From Octopus sinensis (taxonomy: Eukaryota): a stretch of DNA of 64,000 nucleotides. Below are positions 24,071-38,279 of the stretch, piece by piece. The notes beneath the pieces were generated by a model. The model searched no databases. It had not been told where the DNA came from and worked only from the letters and a program-made list of their open reading frames with translations. A program made the position numbers and the translations under genes. Each line of letters begins with the position of its first letter. Position 1 is the first letter of the stretch. The stretch covers positions 47,740,001-47,804,000 of the forward strand of contig NC_042998.1 in assembly GCF_006345805.1 (NCBI RefSeq). The letters run 5' to 3'.

Positions 24071-27000
24071 GGATATTCTGAATCAATTTGTATTCATCGT
24101 GGATAATTTTCAAAGTCCTTTTGCACACTATTCGCTAATTTTCATTCCAACACGTCCGCACTCTTCTTTTTTAATACTCAGTTAATGGGAAAATGGGACA
24201 GGGCAAATGCTGTGAGCATTTTCAAAGTCCCAATTTTGCAGCCGGTGCATTTGGTCATGTCGACTTTGGAAGCTTAAAACTCAAAGATATAAATAAATAA
24301 AAAATGAAGATTCGATAATTGTTTACTGCAGCAGCTTTTCCTAATTCTTAAAACAGCTTTCAAAAGAGTAAGAGTTTTATAACATGCTATGTCCAAATGT
24401 TTTACAGTTGGAGGTAACATGTTTTTAGTGCAATCAAACAACAAAATAACATCTATAAAAACCTCCCTAGGTATCCCTCTCCAGTTTAAGAAATATATTC
24501 ATTATAAACTAACATATACGTATCCGGCTCGAATTTATTGCTTTCTAATACACCCAAGACAAACAAAAAAAAAGGTGGGGGAACAGTGGTGGGCATATAC
24601 TAGTTAGCAATAGACGCAACAATAATCAACATGAGGATTGGATATTTTCAACCAGGAAAACATCATCATCATCATCTCTCTCACTCACACACACACACAA
24701 CACACACACACACGCACACACACACACACTTGCTTAACTTGCGTTTTAAGGTTGGTTCGTTTCAGATTTCATGTTATATCAACACAACATTTCGAAAACT
24801 AACCGTGATTTCTAAACTATTTAGACGAGAACATAGCGACACAGATTGACTTACGTGAACGAATGAAACCCAACCTGTACCACCAGACTGTGTGTGTGTG
24901 TTTAGTTACACGTGTGAGTGTGAGCGCGCGCAACCTATGTGCACACCTACACTTGTAATTTGAAAACTATACGTATATCGTTTTGTTGGTGGTCTGTTGG
25001 AAGATTGTATCTCACATTTGTGCTAAATTCTATCTCGTAGTTGAGATTTCTGTTATTTCTTTAAAGAACAAAAATATATGAAACAAGAAAAAAGAAAAAC
25101 CTATTATCATTAACGCCATTGCTATATCATTATACTGAGTTGAAAGAGATATTAAGAGAGAGTCCCTCATGATACACGGGTAAATAGTAATAAGAGAGAA
25201 TCTCTCGCCTCTCGTAGTGAACGAGTAAATATCTCACATCTCTCTAAGCTACCGAAGTCGAAAGTAGATTCAAGAAATTTAGACTTCCAATGCAAGATAA
25301 TACATAAAAAGAAATGCTAGATTTTCTAGAAAGAAATTGAAGCCGAAACTGCCCAGTAAGAGAAGTGCCGATATGAGTAGATGAATATTACGCTGCAGTT
25401 TAACTCTATACAAACCCTGACAGAGCAGATATTTGTTCAGAGGCAATATAGCTCGTTCCGTTTCGCTTTTTTTTTCTTTTTAAATACATGTATATAAAAT
25501 TACAATTATTTAATGTGTCCATTCTTTTATTTGCTTCAGTCATTAGACTGCGGCCATGCTGGGGTAAGTTATGGGACATAAACACACAAACACCGGTTGT
25601 CAAGCGAAGGGGACAAAGACGCACACACACACACACACACGAAAAACGACCATCAAAAGACGACTAGCCATGTGTAATTAGTTAGGTTACAGAACTAAGT
25701 TCTAGTTCTTTTATATGTATCTCTAGAGAGATATGAACACTGGTCTTGACACAATATTGATGAAATGTGCAATTCCAAGAGGTGCTGTTTCATTAATCCA
25801 ATAAGTTATTTCCTACACAGATTTGCACAAATTCTTGCAATTCTACGCAAGATATCGATTAGCAAAAAAAACATTAAAAGTACTGGCGTTTTTCATATTT
25901 TTCAATTATGGTTTTAGATAGAACTGAACAGAAGAGAAATTTAAATTTCACTTGGCCAGTTCATAAAGCAAGTGAATGCTTGTATTGTGACAGTGAACAA
26001 ACTAACCGACTGCTTCAAACTGAAAATTCACACATGCAAATCTTCAGGTGCCAGTCTACTGCCAATAAAGGAATAACATGAGAAACGTTGAGTACAGGTT
26101 TCCATGCCAGTGCACTTGCTATTACAAGTGGTAATTAAGAGAGATTTGTTTAAAAAAAAGAAAAAAAAAGACAAGAAAAGATAGTTATGATTGAAAATGA
26201 ATAATCGCTTGCTGCCACCTCAACAGTTAAAACAACATTATTCTAGTTATTTTGTGATTTATGGAAGAGGGGCAAGATTGGAGGAGGGGTATAAAATAAA
26301 AGTAAAAAAAAAAAAAAAGGAATTACTAAATAAAACGTGGGGGATTTTTTAAGATGTGGGGTGATGTCAGAAATATTTCGGGTAAATTGGTTCCTTTCCC
26401 CCGCAAGAAGTAAAAAATAAAAAATTTTAAAAATTAAACTAAAAGTAAAACCAAACAAACTATGGAATTATTAGAAAAAAAGAAAAAGTAAAAACAGAGC
26501 AATGTGAGAGAAAGGAGGGCATAGAGGGAGGGAGAGAGAGAGAATGGCAAACTAAAACATTAGCTTTAGTCCAAGTAAAACAGGAAGGTGGGAGGAGAAA
26601 GATGGATAGAATGCTGAAGGAACTATTATTTGACATTCCTAATATCGGCTTTTGTATACGGGGCAACTTTATCAATGGCCGGTCAAACGACGAAGCAACG
26701 AAAAACATGAGAGCTGACACTCGTTGGCAAACATTACTTCAAGAAAAAGAAAGACAGAAAGAGAGGGGGAGAAATAGAGAGCGTGAGGCAGAAAGATGTA
26801 AGTTTGTTTGAAGATTATTTTCAAAGTTTGTAAGTTTGTATTTGTCAGTAGCTTATCGTTATTACTATGCTTACAGTAGAGAGAGAGGCAGAGGAAGAAA
26901 TATTAAGAAACATTCAAGGAAGTGGTGGTGGTGATGGTAGTGGTGGAGGACACGTGTAAAGAGAAAGGAATGGTCGTGATGTTTGCCGTACAACAACCTA

Positions 27001-27779
27001 ACAATATTAAGAAACACCAAGTAAAAAGTAAATGTTAAAAAAAAAAAAATAAATAAATAAAGGCAAAAAGAAAAAAAAATATAGAAAAAAAAATGAGCAA
27101 CAAAAAGCAAAACGAAATAGTCAGGTCTGCTTCTTGAACACAACACTAGGTGACAGCAGAGAGAAACATCCGAAATATGTAGCTTTGTTTGACCTTCCCG
27201 CCTCGAATCTAAACAACTGCTAACTTCCCGTTTCAAGTTAGCGAATAACCATTTACCGAAGCAATTACAGGCATTTCCTACTCCCTTCTTCTATGCTCAC
27301 ACTTTTAACAACAACAACAATATTAACGTTACCATCGCCGTCACAGCTATTGTTATTGAGAACGGCCGCGAAATGTTTCGACTTTGATACGAACTTCAAT
27401 TCAGTTCCCAAACGAGAGAAAAACTGATAATATTAAACAGTTTTGGCAGCACAGTGTTCTCATAACCAGTGCTTTTCCGTGTTTCTGCAATTCTAAAGAA
27501 ATAAGGCGGTGTGTATATATAAAAAGGATGAGTTGTGAAATCAAAAGTAACTGCATAAATGCAAAGAGTCGACATGGCCGATCTGTTGTGATTTCACGAT
27601 CTATCAATCAACTGCAACCTGCGGCTCGCAGGACTTTCTAAATGACACGCCTTACAAAGAAATCCCCTTGAATTTTTTAGTAGTGCACCAAGTGACGAGC
27701 CATTTTCTCATGCAACCCACTTCTCAAAAACTTCGATCAAGATCAAAAAGTTAACAGAAGAAATGACAGATGGTTATGT

Positions 27780-28407
27780 GCAGACCCTTCTTAAGATTCA
27801 AGTGTTATGCATACAAAATTTTCTGCAACTGTCATGATTTTAGGGGTTGTCAGCAATGAAGGGCATATGATGCCTCCTTACTTCTTTCCACAAAGCTTTA
27901 TAGTTAACTCTGGTGCCTACATTGAGGTCCTGGAAACAATTATTACGCCCTGGATAGACAGTGTAGGCAATGGAAGGCCATATGTGTTTCAGTAAGACTC
28001 TGCATTATCACACATGGCTCTAGTAACACAGGAATGGATGGCTGAAAATTTTCATGATCACACAACCCCTAACATTTGGCCTCCTAATTTCCCAGATCTC
28101 AATCCACTGGACTATTACATGTGGAGCATTGTTGAGAGAGGTCAATGAACACGCCAATAACACCAAAGATTCTTTGAAAGCAGAGTAATATCCAAAATGA
28201 ACCAGGACCACTTGATTCGAGCATGTAGATGATTTAGATCTCGTATAGAAGCAGTTGTTGAAGTTGAAGGTGGCTTTATTGAATAACATTATAGAAAAAA
28301 AAGGTTTATTTTTATCCTCATAGCATTTTTTAAATAAATAATGTTAGCTGTTATTATATATGTTTTTATATAAACATAAATCTGTCCTAAATATCTTATG
28401 CACCCTG
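27780..28407 (+). mobile_element. Tc1/mariner superfamily DD37D (maT-type) transposon, 3' half with right TIR
   Basis: Translates VMILGVVSNEG..YIEVLE..PW..YVFQ*DSALSH..WPPNFPDLNPLDYYMWSIVE..RSRIEAVVEVEGGFIE* (stop at 28284-28286). I count 37 residues between the last two catalytic Asp. It ends CACCCTG|TA at 28407. It carries in-frame stops and frameshifts. Confidence 0.9.
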
Positions 28408-29295
28408 TATATTCATTGGTAATCTATTTGTTCATAGCCGTAGCATTAAATTCAGTTCCACTCAGTTGTACACAAAGTGATATTAGCTTGCATCTTTTGG
28501 TTACTGCCGAGAATCCATAGTCGGAACAATAGAAGAGTAAAGAATACAGTGGAGTTGGCTTGATCAACTTATCATTGTCTCTTTTACAGATGACAAACAC
28601 TAACTAAAGAACGTTTAATTTTAAAGAGACGATGGCGTGTGCAACAGATAAGTAGACAAATCGCTTCACGACATGCAAATATTTTAAAATGCATCATTAC
28701 CCAAGTTCAACCTCGTATGTCATCTATTAGTAGTGGTTGAATTAAGTAGTATTATTCGTGTCACGTAGTAATATCACCCCTTTTATTAATTTTATTAAAG
28801 GCATGGTGAAATAGGCACAGGTATAAGTAAATTTACTCTGTGTCTCGGTTTAACATCATCAGCGAGTGCTTGGATGCCAAGAGTAATGTTAATGTGGATA
28901 TAGAGAACCTGTCAAATGTCAGATTAACCTTGCTAACTAATCTCTATCTTCTTTACTTCCGAGAAAGTGGTCACTATAGGATGTACGAGGGCACGTCAGA
29001 ATATTCAAAGTACTGTGGACAGAAACAGCAATAAAAGCCAATATGGTGGGGTTGAATAATCAACACTTTTTTTTTTGTACAACGAGTCTTGTAGATAAGT
29101 ATCATTATATATCGAAATAAATTTTGAAGAAATAGCAATAAATTTCAATGTTAATATCTTTAAGAGAAGCCATAGGTGTCTCACTTTACCCCTTCTCACC
29201 CCACTCCCTACCATCAAAATATATCTACATAAAATTACATACATGTGGTAGTACATACAATGGTACAAATGAGGGAAATAAACAGATTTATTATA

Positions 29296-29495
29296 CAATA
29301 ATCCCTCGACTATCGCGAGTGCTACCTTCCAAAACAGCGAAGTAGAAACAGTTCTGTACTGTATATTTTTTTATTATTTTTGTAATTTGTATATATTTAT
29401 CTTATTATAAATGCAAAACAAGACCATGGAGGAATCGACGAGAGCTTAGATAATAAACCGTGACAGGTGAACCACGATATGGCGTGGGATTACTG
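29296..29495. mobile_element. 200-bp pogo/Tigger-type MITE
   Basis: TA|CAATAATCCCTCGACTATCGCG ... CACGATATGGCGTGGGATTACTG|TA forms imperfect TIRs with a TA target duplication. Confidence 0.75.
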
Positions 29496-30219
29496 TATCT
29501 ATTTTTGAGATTCGTCGTTAAATCAATGCGTGTCAAGCCTCAATTAGCACAAAATGAGAAACTCAAAACTAATTCTTTGTCTTATCAAAAGGGTCTATAA
29601 AGCCAGTCCTATTATGATGCTCATGTGGTGTTCAGTTCATTAAAAAAAATGGGTAAATGATTCTCTGAATCGAATGCTATCCCAGGTACTTTTCCCGCGA
29701 AATATCCATTTTCATATTAAAGTAATCAATTGCACCATCTGTGTTGCTTACTCTGAAGTCAGCAGAATCAGCCACAGAGCAATTAGTGTGTTTAGCCAGA
29801 GACACAAACAAAGCAATATTTGCGAAGAGACACAAGCCACAGACTTGTTTTTATTGATTGTCTAGAAGCTCATCAACTCTTTCGTCTGCATTCTCAAAAA
29901 TCATAAAAAAACAACGGTCTGACAAATCAATACAATTTATTATTCCATGGACATAACTTTGTCTTGATGTATTTCATTAAAGAACTCGCCAAACGACCGT
30001 TACATTGACAAAAATCCAATAAGTCAAATGTCGAGGTTAGCGTTTGAAATGAAACTAATTGGACATGATAAGCTGTGAATTGAAAGCAGAGTATGGATTG
30101 CATTCTAGTATAGCACTGGTATATCAAAGGCTCCACCACCAAAAACAAAAACTGGGTAAAATACCACACCGCACTATCAGACATAGGAAAACTTTGGTGT
30201 CAATCCTGAGAAATTAAAG

Positions 30220-30582
30220 TGGCTCTCCGTCGGTTACGACGACGAGAGTTCCATTTGATCCGATCAACGAAACAGCCTGCTCGTGAAATTAACGTGCAAG
30301 TGGCTGAGCACTCCACAGATACGTGTATCCTTAACGTAGTTCTGAGGGCGATTCAACGTTGACAAAGAATCTGACAAGGCTGGCTCTTTGAAGTTACAGG
30401 TACTACACATTTTTGCCAACTGAGTGGACTGGAGTAACATGAAAAGGTGTTACAAGAGTAACATGAAAAAAACTGGAGTAACATGAAAAAGTGGAGTAAC
30501 ATAAAACGCATTGCCGGGAATTGAAATCATGACCTTACGGTCGTGAGCCGAATACCTTAACCACTAAGCCACGTGCCTTCAC
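30220..30582 (-). mobile_element. SINE family C (tail type 3) with internal GAGTAACATGAAAA tandem x4
   Basis: Minus-strand head GAAGGCACGTGGCTTAGTGGTTAAGG. The body is shared with 41320-41632. Confidence 0.8.
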
Positions 30583-32692
30583 TCCAAAGAAATTCATAAA
30601 GTTTAAAATTACCACAACGGACGGCAGATAGCACACTTATTCTATTTCGTATCATCACCATCGCTTTGTCATTTCATTAACGCTTACTTTTCCATGCTTT
30701 CATGGATCAGACGAACTTTTTTTAATGGTGTAGGGAAGAAGCTAACCTTGTCTTCGTTTACGATTTTTATTTTATATTTACAGCCTATTTCAATCGTCAG
30801 CCTAACTGATCCAAGATCGATAAAATAACATCTTGTACTTCACTCGCTTTAAAGATCAAACTCCATAAAATGTGCAATCTTGTACCCATATTACAAATAA
30901 TTATCTCCTAATATAGTTCATTCTACTAACCTACAAAATAATGAGACAACCAGTACTGAAGACAGCTTGAGGTTAAGTTTACTGTCTTAAACTGTCTCTG
31001 ATTCCCCCACCTGAAACGAATATCAACACTTAGAGAAAGAGAAGGAAAGGTTCGAGTCGTTGACGTATAACAGTTGTATCGTCTTAATAAAACAGATACC
31101 GGATGCATTTGGATATCCACCCGATTTTATAAAATTACATCAACGGGTGAACGAACTTGACATGTCACACGATACATCTTTTACTTTGCTAGTCACGCAT
31201 ACGCAGAAAGAAATAATTCATGTTAAAGGATGTAACCAGCTGCAGAAACTAAAAAAAAAAATCAAATATTTTTAGAAAGGAAAAATTCTCTGTCGTGGCT
31301 CTTATGCTTTTCCCCACCATGGTTGCTAGGTGCTTAAAAATAAAATATTGGCTTTAAACGACACTGCCGATTCTGCCAGCCACAGATTACCATCGGCAAT
31401 TTTTTCACTACCATGAGAGTTTTCAGTCTTGCATATATGTTTTTGATGCAAATCATACCCAATAAAGCGTTTGAGACAATCCCCCATAATATTCATGTGA
31501 TTCATTCATCACTGATCGAGGATAACACGGTACCTTCAGTTTTTATTTGTCACGCTTATCCCGAATTCATCTCTGATAACGCGGGTCGGAGTTCAGTCAA
31601 AGGTTTCTGCTTGGACAGCAAAAAAAAAAAATCGCCCCAGCAACCATCTACAACGCTCGGGACAACTTGCGGTCTCGGAACGAAACCTATTTCCGATGTT
31701 CTATCATTCATTTATGGCTGATTCATTTAACACAATGTTTCATATTTGGGAGCAAACACGTGATAAACGAGGATATATGTATTATCTATGTCAATGTATT
31801 TTAGAAAGGCATTAACGCCACGTTTTAAGCATTACTGTCACTCATAGCCACATAATGCCTTCACTAATCGAGAAATATTATTTTGTGGAAACCAAAATCA
31901 ACATCACTACGTTTATAAACATTATTACAAAACGCGAATTGCCATTTATAATAAAAATCTGCTGCAAAACAGAGTTAGCTCCCTTGAGCATTAAGTTTCC
32001 ATGTTTGTTGTTTCTGTTACCATGGAATTAATATGTAAAGAGAAGGTTCGCTGTGACACCTGAACAATCATATGCAAAATGTATTTGCTATCAAAAAAAA
32101 TCATTTTCGAGTATGTGTATAAATGAACTAAACGCAACTAATGGATGTTTAGTTTTTCCTCAGCGATGTGACACGAAACAATATTGGGAAGACAGTACTT
32201 AATGCTTCAAAACCTCACAAAACCAAGCTTACGTTTACAGCTACATCGCAAAATGCGTTATGTAATACATATATCAATACTGAATGAGTAATAAAAACAG
32301 GGTTGTTATGTTTTACTAAATCACTAACCAAACTACTAAAGTAACATTTTTTAAAAATAAACTTTATATAAAATAAGCGTTTATATCGAGATAAAACAAA
32401 ACACCATTTGCTGAATGAATTCATTTAGAATTTTATAACAAGAAATTTCCTAAAATATTTTAGTGTTTTCCTTAAATTTTATATTTTGACAAGAGATGTG
32501 TGCTTCTGCTTTTATTTTTCCGTCGAAGTGGAGATTCTTATCAAAGGGGGTTGGGTGACAGAATTAGAAGAATGCCCCGTAGTATTTATTTCCAGCAGCT
32601 CTTACGTTTTGTCTCTGGTCAAGAAAATTCTTTCTTAAGTGCCATAGATCATTTAGTAGAAACATGTACTTGGAGTATAATTAATTAAAAGA

Positions 32693-32910
32693 AAATGGTT
32701 GGCGCTTGGGAGGGTATCCAGCTGTAAAATGCCAAAACCTCGCCTAAGTCCATTCTGCCGAGTGGCCGATGTTAAGAAGGGCATTCAGCCTTAAATGCCC
32801 TGTCAAAACAGACACAGTAGCCTAGGGTAATTTTTCTACCTGGCCGGCTCCTGTCAACCGTCCTACCCATACACACATGGAAAATGGACGTTAACCGATG
32901 ACGATGAGAT
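32693..32910 (+). mobile_element. RTE LINE 3'UTR-derived short element (family D)
   Basis: TGGTTGGCG..GGGTATCCAGCTGTA...CATGGAAAATGGACGTTAACCGATGACGATG. Confidence 0.7.
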
Positions 32911-34122
32911 GCAAAGATGCTTAACTGAAGGTACATTTCACTGATGTAAAGCAGCACTAGCAATGGAAATTTGAAGAGTATTTTCATTAGTTTTGAGTTA
33001 CAGTAACTCCAGTGCCTTTTAGCTCAGAGGTGAGATATTTCTTACCAAGCTAACTTTCTTTACATAAGGCTTCAGAAATACCAGGTTTATAGCAGCCTAC
33101 CCTGCCGACACAGTGGGGTAAAGGATTAGGAATGGCAAACAAAAGGTTTTAGCATGGATGTGGTAGATAAAGTTTTAGCATAGTACTCTTCAGAAGCACA
33201 TGTTTAATCTGTACTCTATATGCACTTAACTCCAAAGTACAAATATTAATACCTCCATACAAAGACAACTATATTTGTTAAGCTCGTTTGCTAAAACAAT
33301 TCATAAATATCTGTATTTGCTGAGTAATTAGGACTGTGCTAGCTTGAGAATGTATGAAGACATTCACACACGCACACACACACAGGGTGGGCCAAAAGTC
33401 ATTCACAAAATTAAGTTCAATACGCTCCGGAATTATCAAAGGCATGCTTCAATTTTTCTAAACTTCAATAAAATTAATGATATAATGGTGAATATACACG
33501 TGCTTGCACATGATGGACAAGGTAATTTAGGACTACATTATCCATTGTAACCATCTCTGATTTTTGAAGACATTACGGCTTGATTTGAGAGAGATTTTTA
33601 CTGTTATTTTCAGTAGGTCGAGCGAATATACAAAAGGGCCCCATCGCTGGCTCAGACACACACACGACAAAAATACTGGTGAAAATTTCATCTTTTATTG
33701 TAGAAATCACCATATAAATCCGACAATATTTTCGTTGTCTAATACTGTAATTTTTTTGAAATTCTTCTAAATGATATCTGGATCTAGTTGTCATACATGA
33801 GGAAATACCTTGGATGTGTCTTCCACTTGCATTTATTGGTGGCTGGTTGTTTGAATACAGTTAGCCAAATTCGTTTAAAAATGAGTTCTTTATTGGTATC
33901 CCTTTTCCCTTCTTATTGCATGTGTGAGTGTTTGTGCATGTTTGTGTGTGGTAAGGCGATTTGATGTCTATCTTTAGCATATTAGGAATCCACTTTAGTG
34001 GTCATTCCTCTTATTAATTGTAATATAATTTTTAAATCTTCGGATTTTTTAAAATATGCTAAACCACTGGTTTAAATTGATCTTGATTGATATCAATTTC
34101 TACCCTCCTTATTTAATTATAT

Positions 34123-34165
<43 letters not shown>

Positions 34166-34395
34166 CCATTATATACATTATATTGTTTTTGTTATTTACT
34201 TAATCTTTTACTTTTTTTAATTTTAACTTTTCTATTATATGTAATTTTCTAGATTGTGTAATTTAATTATTCATTTTGAATTGATAAAAGGTAGTTTTTT
34301 TTCTAATATTTTATATATATATTATATTGTGTGGAATTTGATTTGGTATTTCTAATTTTTTTCCTTGTAAGTTTGGATTTTATTCCCTCAAATAA

Positions 34396-34442
<47 letters not shown>

Positions 34443-35824
34443 CTAACTGTTGAGAATATGCTATGGTACATTATAATATATTACAACGATATAAAAATCA
34501 TAATATTTTAATCCCATGATTTAAAAAAAATGTTCAATGAATAAAGATGAACTATATGCATATATAATAAAAGCGTTGGGACATAAATTCAGTGATTCAT
34601 TCTGAATTCTTATGTAGCACCTCATTCATACAATTTGTTTTAATGCGGGCAGAAATAAAACAAGAAAAAAAACAGGCTTTTAAGGCACACACGCGTTTTC
34701 CACATCCATGGAGAAGTAATAATAACGATAAAAAAAGTAACAACGTTACAGGAGAATATCAGATATTTTACAGCAATGACACTTGTACAGGGATGCGTTG
34801 TTGCGTACGGTGTATCACCTCTCGTAGCACACTCACGCAAACGACAAGACAATGCAAACCAACTCAGCTTCCTCTCATATTCATACATATATACATACAT
34901 ATATAAATATACGAACATATGTATGTACATAACACACACACAGAGTCAAAAAAGCACACCCACACAAGTCTATAAAACAAGCAATAACGCCAACATCATT
35001 TCCGGTATTGACAAGTCATACGTAAATATAGGGATGCATTTATCGGAGTCAGTCAGGTTTGAATGTGGACAGCTGGCACAAGGTGCCCCTCTCCCCAACC
35101 ACGACCACCACCACCACCAACCCGCCAAAAATAAAAATAAAAACTATCTCTTCTGTCTCGCCCTTTTCTCTCTAGACAGAAGGTCTTCATACGCTTCATT
35201 AATTAACATGATGGCACAGTCGGGCAGTCGGGTCCCCTTCGTTTTAATCAAGGGTTACCAATTGCCAAATAGCTCGTGTGCAATTTCGGGGGAGAATAAA
35301 GTATCCCTGTGAAATGAACCAAAAATCTATAAACGCAAAGTGATATTTGCGGATGTGATATTAAAACTTTAAATGAAAAAAAAAAAAAAAAAGGAAAAAA
35401 AAGTAGAAAAAAAAAAAGCAGAAAAAAAAGAGATAAAATAATTATGGTTCTTTTTGGAAAAAGAGGATGGGGGTTTAAAATATAACAAAAAAATATATAT
35501 ATAGTAAATTATTTTAGTTACTCAATTATTCATTCATTTATTCATAAATACGTAAAGTTGGCTTAAATGAAAATATTAAAAAAAATATATACATTAAAAA
35601 TATAAGTTACCAGACACGCATTCAATCACACACACGCTGACGGTCTGTCTGTTTGTCTGCCTGTCTCTCGTACACACCCGCCCGCCCGCCCACCCACCCA
35701 TGCAAATTGTAAACAAAAGGGGCGATGAAGTAAAATAAACAACAGGCTATGCAAGGGCTGCAAATTATTTATTTACTAAAATCCCTCTTCAACGTTGAGT
35801 CATCGGAAAATTTAGTTTTTTTTT

Positions 35825-36720
35825 TATCTTTCACTTGTTTCGGTCATTGGAGACTGTGGCCATGCCATACTGGGGCACCGCCTAGAAGGGTTTTTTTTTT
35901 TTTTTAGTCGAACGCATCGATTTCCACCCACCCACCCACCCCCACCCTCACCAGTACTTAATTTTTTTAAGCCCCCCCGGTACTTATCCAATTGTATCTT
36001 TTGCCGAACCGCTACCTTACAGACACGAAAACAAACCAACAGGGGCTGTCAAACAGTGGCGTGGGGACAAACGCGCGCGCACACACACACACACACGACG
36101 GGCTTCTTTTAGTTTCCATCTACCATATCCACCCACAAGGTTTTGATCGGTCCAACACTTTATTGTAGAAGACGCTTGCCCAAGGTACCACATAGTAGGA
36201 CTGAACCTAGAACCATGTGATTGTGAAGCGAACTTCTAAAATCCACCTCCAAACACACATACACAAATACGATGGGCTTCTTTCATTTTCCATCTAGCAA
36301 ATCCACTCAGAAGGCTTTGGTCGGTACTGTAGAAGACGTTTGTCCAAGGTGCCACACAGGGGGACTGAACCTGGAACCATGTGATTGTGAAGTAAACTTC
36401 TAAAATCCACCCCCAAACACACACACGATGGGCTTCTTTCAGTTTCCATCTAGCAAATCCACTCAGAAGGCTTTGGTCGGTACGGGGCTACTGTAGAAGG
36501 CGCTTGTCCAAGGTGCCACACAGGGGGACTGAACCTGGAAACATCTGATTGTGAAGCAAACTTCTAAAATCCACCCCCAAACACACACACGATGGGCTTC
36601 TTTCAGTTTCCATCAAGTAAATCCAGTCACAAGGCTTTGGTCGGTACGGGGCTACTGTGACAGACGCTTGTCCAAGGTGCCACACAGTGGCACTGAACCC
36701 GAAGCCATGTAGTCGGGAAC
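35825..36720 (-). mobile_element. SINE family A with its head/core region in four tandem ~155-170 bp copies
   Basis: GGGCTTCTTT..TTTCCATC..ATCCA..CAAGGTGCCACA..GACTGAACC recurs at ~36100, 36274, 36430 and 36594. Confidence 0.85.
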
Positions 36721-36909
36721 TTCTAATACCCGCATCTCACCCCAAAAATACACGCGCGCGAACACAGAGTTCTCTATAAGCATCAATTTTCATTAGAGTA
36801 AGGTAGACGGGAGGAGGGTACAGACAGACGGAATAAATGAAACCAGTATGTACCTATACTATACGGGGGGGGAGGTGATTCAATCGTTCAACTTTATTAT
36901 ATATCTCCG

Positions 36910-36942
36910 CAAGAAAGAAGGAAGGAAAGAAAGAAGGTAGGA

Positions 36943-36974
<32 letters not shown>

Positions 36975-37128
36975 AGATAGGAAAGAAAGAAGGAAGGAAG
37001 GAAAGAAAGAAGGTAGGAAAGAAAGAAGGTAGGAAGGAAAGAAGGAAGGAAAGAAAGAAGGAAGGAAGGAAAGAAGGAAGGAAGGAAAGAAAGGTAGGAA
37101 AGAAAGAAAGAAATAGAGAAAGAAAGAA
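36910..37128. repeat. polypurine (GAAA/GGAA)n tract
   Basis: Direct observation. Confidence 0.95.
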
Positions 37129-37199
37129 ATTGATTGCGTTTTAGTTTTCGTCATACTTTCTAATTCTGAAGATTAAAGCTCAACAGACGGCTGGGTAGG

Positions 37200-37222
37200 C
37201 TCTCTCTCTCTCTCTCTGTCTC

Positions 37223-37270
<48 letters not shown>

Positions 37271-37711
37271 TGAGAGAGACAGAGAGAGAGACAGAGAGAG
37301 AAAGAGAGAGACAGACAAACAGACAGAGAAGGACGGTGTGTGTGTTTCATGCAATTGTAACGGTTTCGGTTCAATCTTATCGTTTTTTTTCTTTTAATTT
37401 AATTTTATTTTATTTATTTATTTGCCTGGTGCAAGCGTGAAGAAGTTTGCTTCCCAACGGCAGGGTTCTAGGTTCAGTCCCACTTGGGCAAGTGTCATCT
37501 GCTATAGCCACGGGCCGAGTAAAGCCTTGTGAGTGGATTTGGCAGACAGAAACTGAAAGAAGCCCATCGCTTTTTTATTTCTGTAGTTTCAGCCCAGAGC
37601 TGCGGCAATACTGATTGATACACACACACACACATATACATACATACATACATACATACATACATACATACATACATACATACATAGAGAGAAAGAGAAA
37701 AGAAAGAGAGA

Positions 37712-37750
<39 letters not shown>
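37200..37750. repeat. microsatellite cluster (CT, GT, GA, CATA, AAT) with a SINE A head fragment at 37425-37570
   Basis: Direct observation. Confidence 0.9.
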
Positions 37751-37751
<1 letters not shown>

Positions 37752-38279
37752 GAAGTCGATTCAAGATTAAGTATCAATTAAAAAAAAAACAACTGCGTGC
37801 AGGATGAAATAAAAAAGAAAAAAAAAACGAAAATCGAATAATAACTTACAATGATGAAGAAACATTCTGTAAATAAATTCACTTCGGAATAAATTTTTCT
37901 GCTGAAATAAATAGAAATTAATACATTAAAACAAATTCAATGATTTCAAGCAGAAAATTAATTTAGAATTTTTAGAAGACTACAGAAGAAGAAAAAATTA
38001 TAGTGAAAATTGCATAACTGTTTCCCTCCGAGTTGAAGTTGATCATCCGTATTCTCCAAGTGGGTGTTTATTGTGAGATTTTTTTTTTCAAATGTTGACA
38101 TGTTTGCTTACACAAGACAGTGTTATAAACCACATGATTCTAGACGGAACAGAAGAACCACACCATAATATCACGCCATATCTTACGGCGCCATATCATA
38201 CCATGCAATGATATAGCACATATTAAGCATTAACAACAACAACAACAACAGCAACAGCAACAACAACAACAACAACAAT

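Noticed and set aside
30955-31000. CTGAAGA followed by a hairpin
   Set aside because: No GAAA or stem I in register for a hammerhead.
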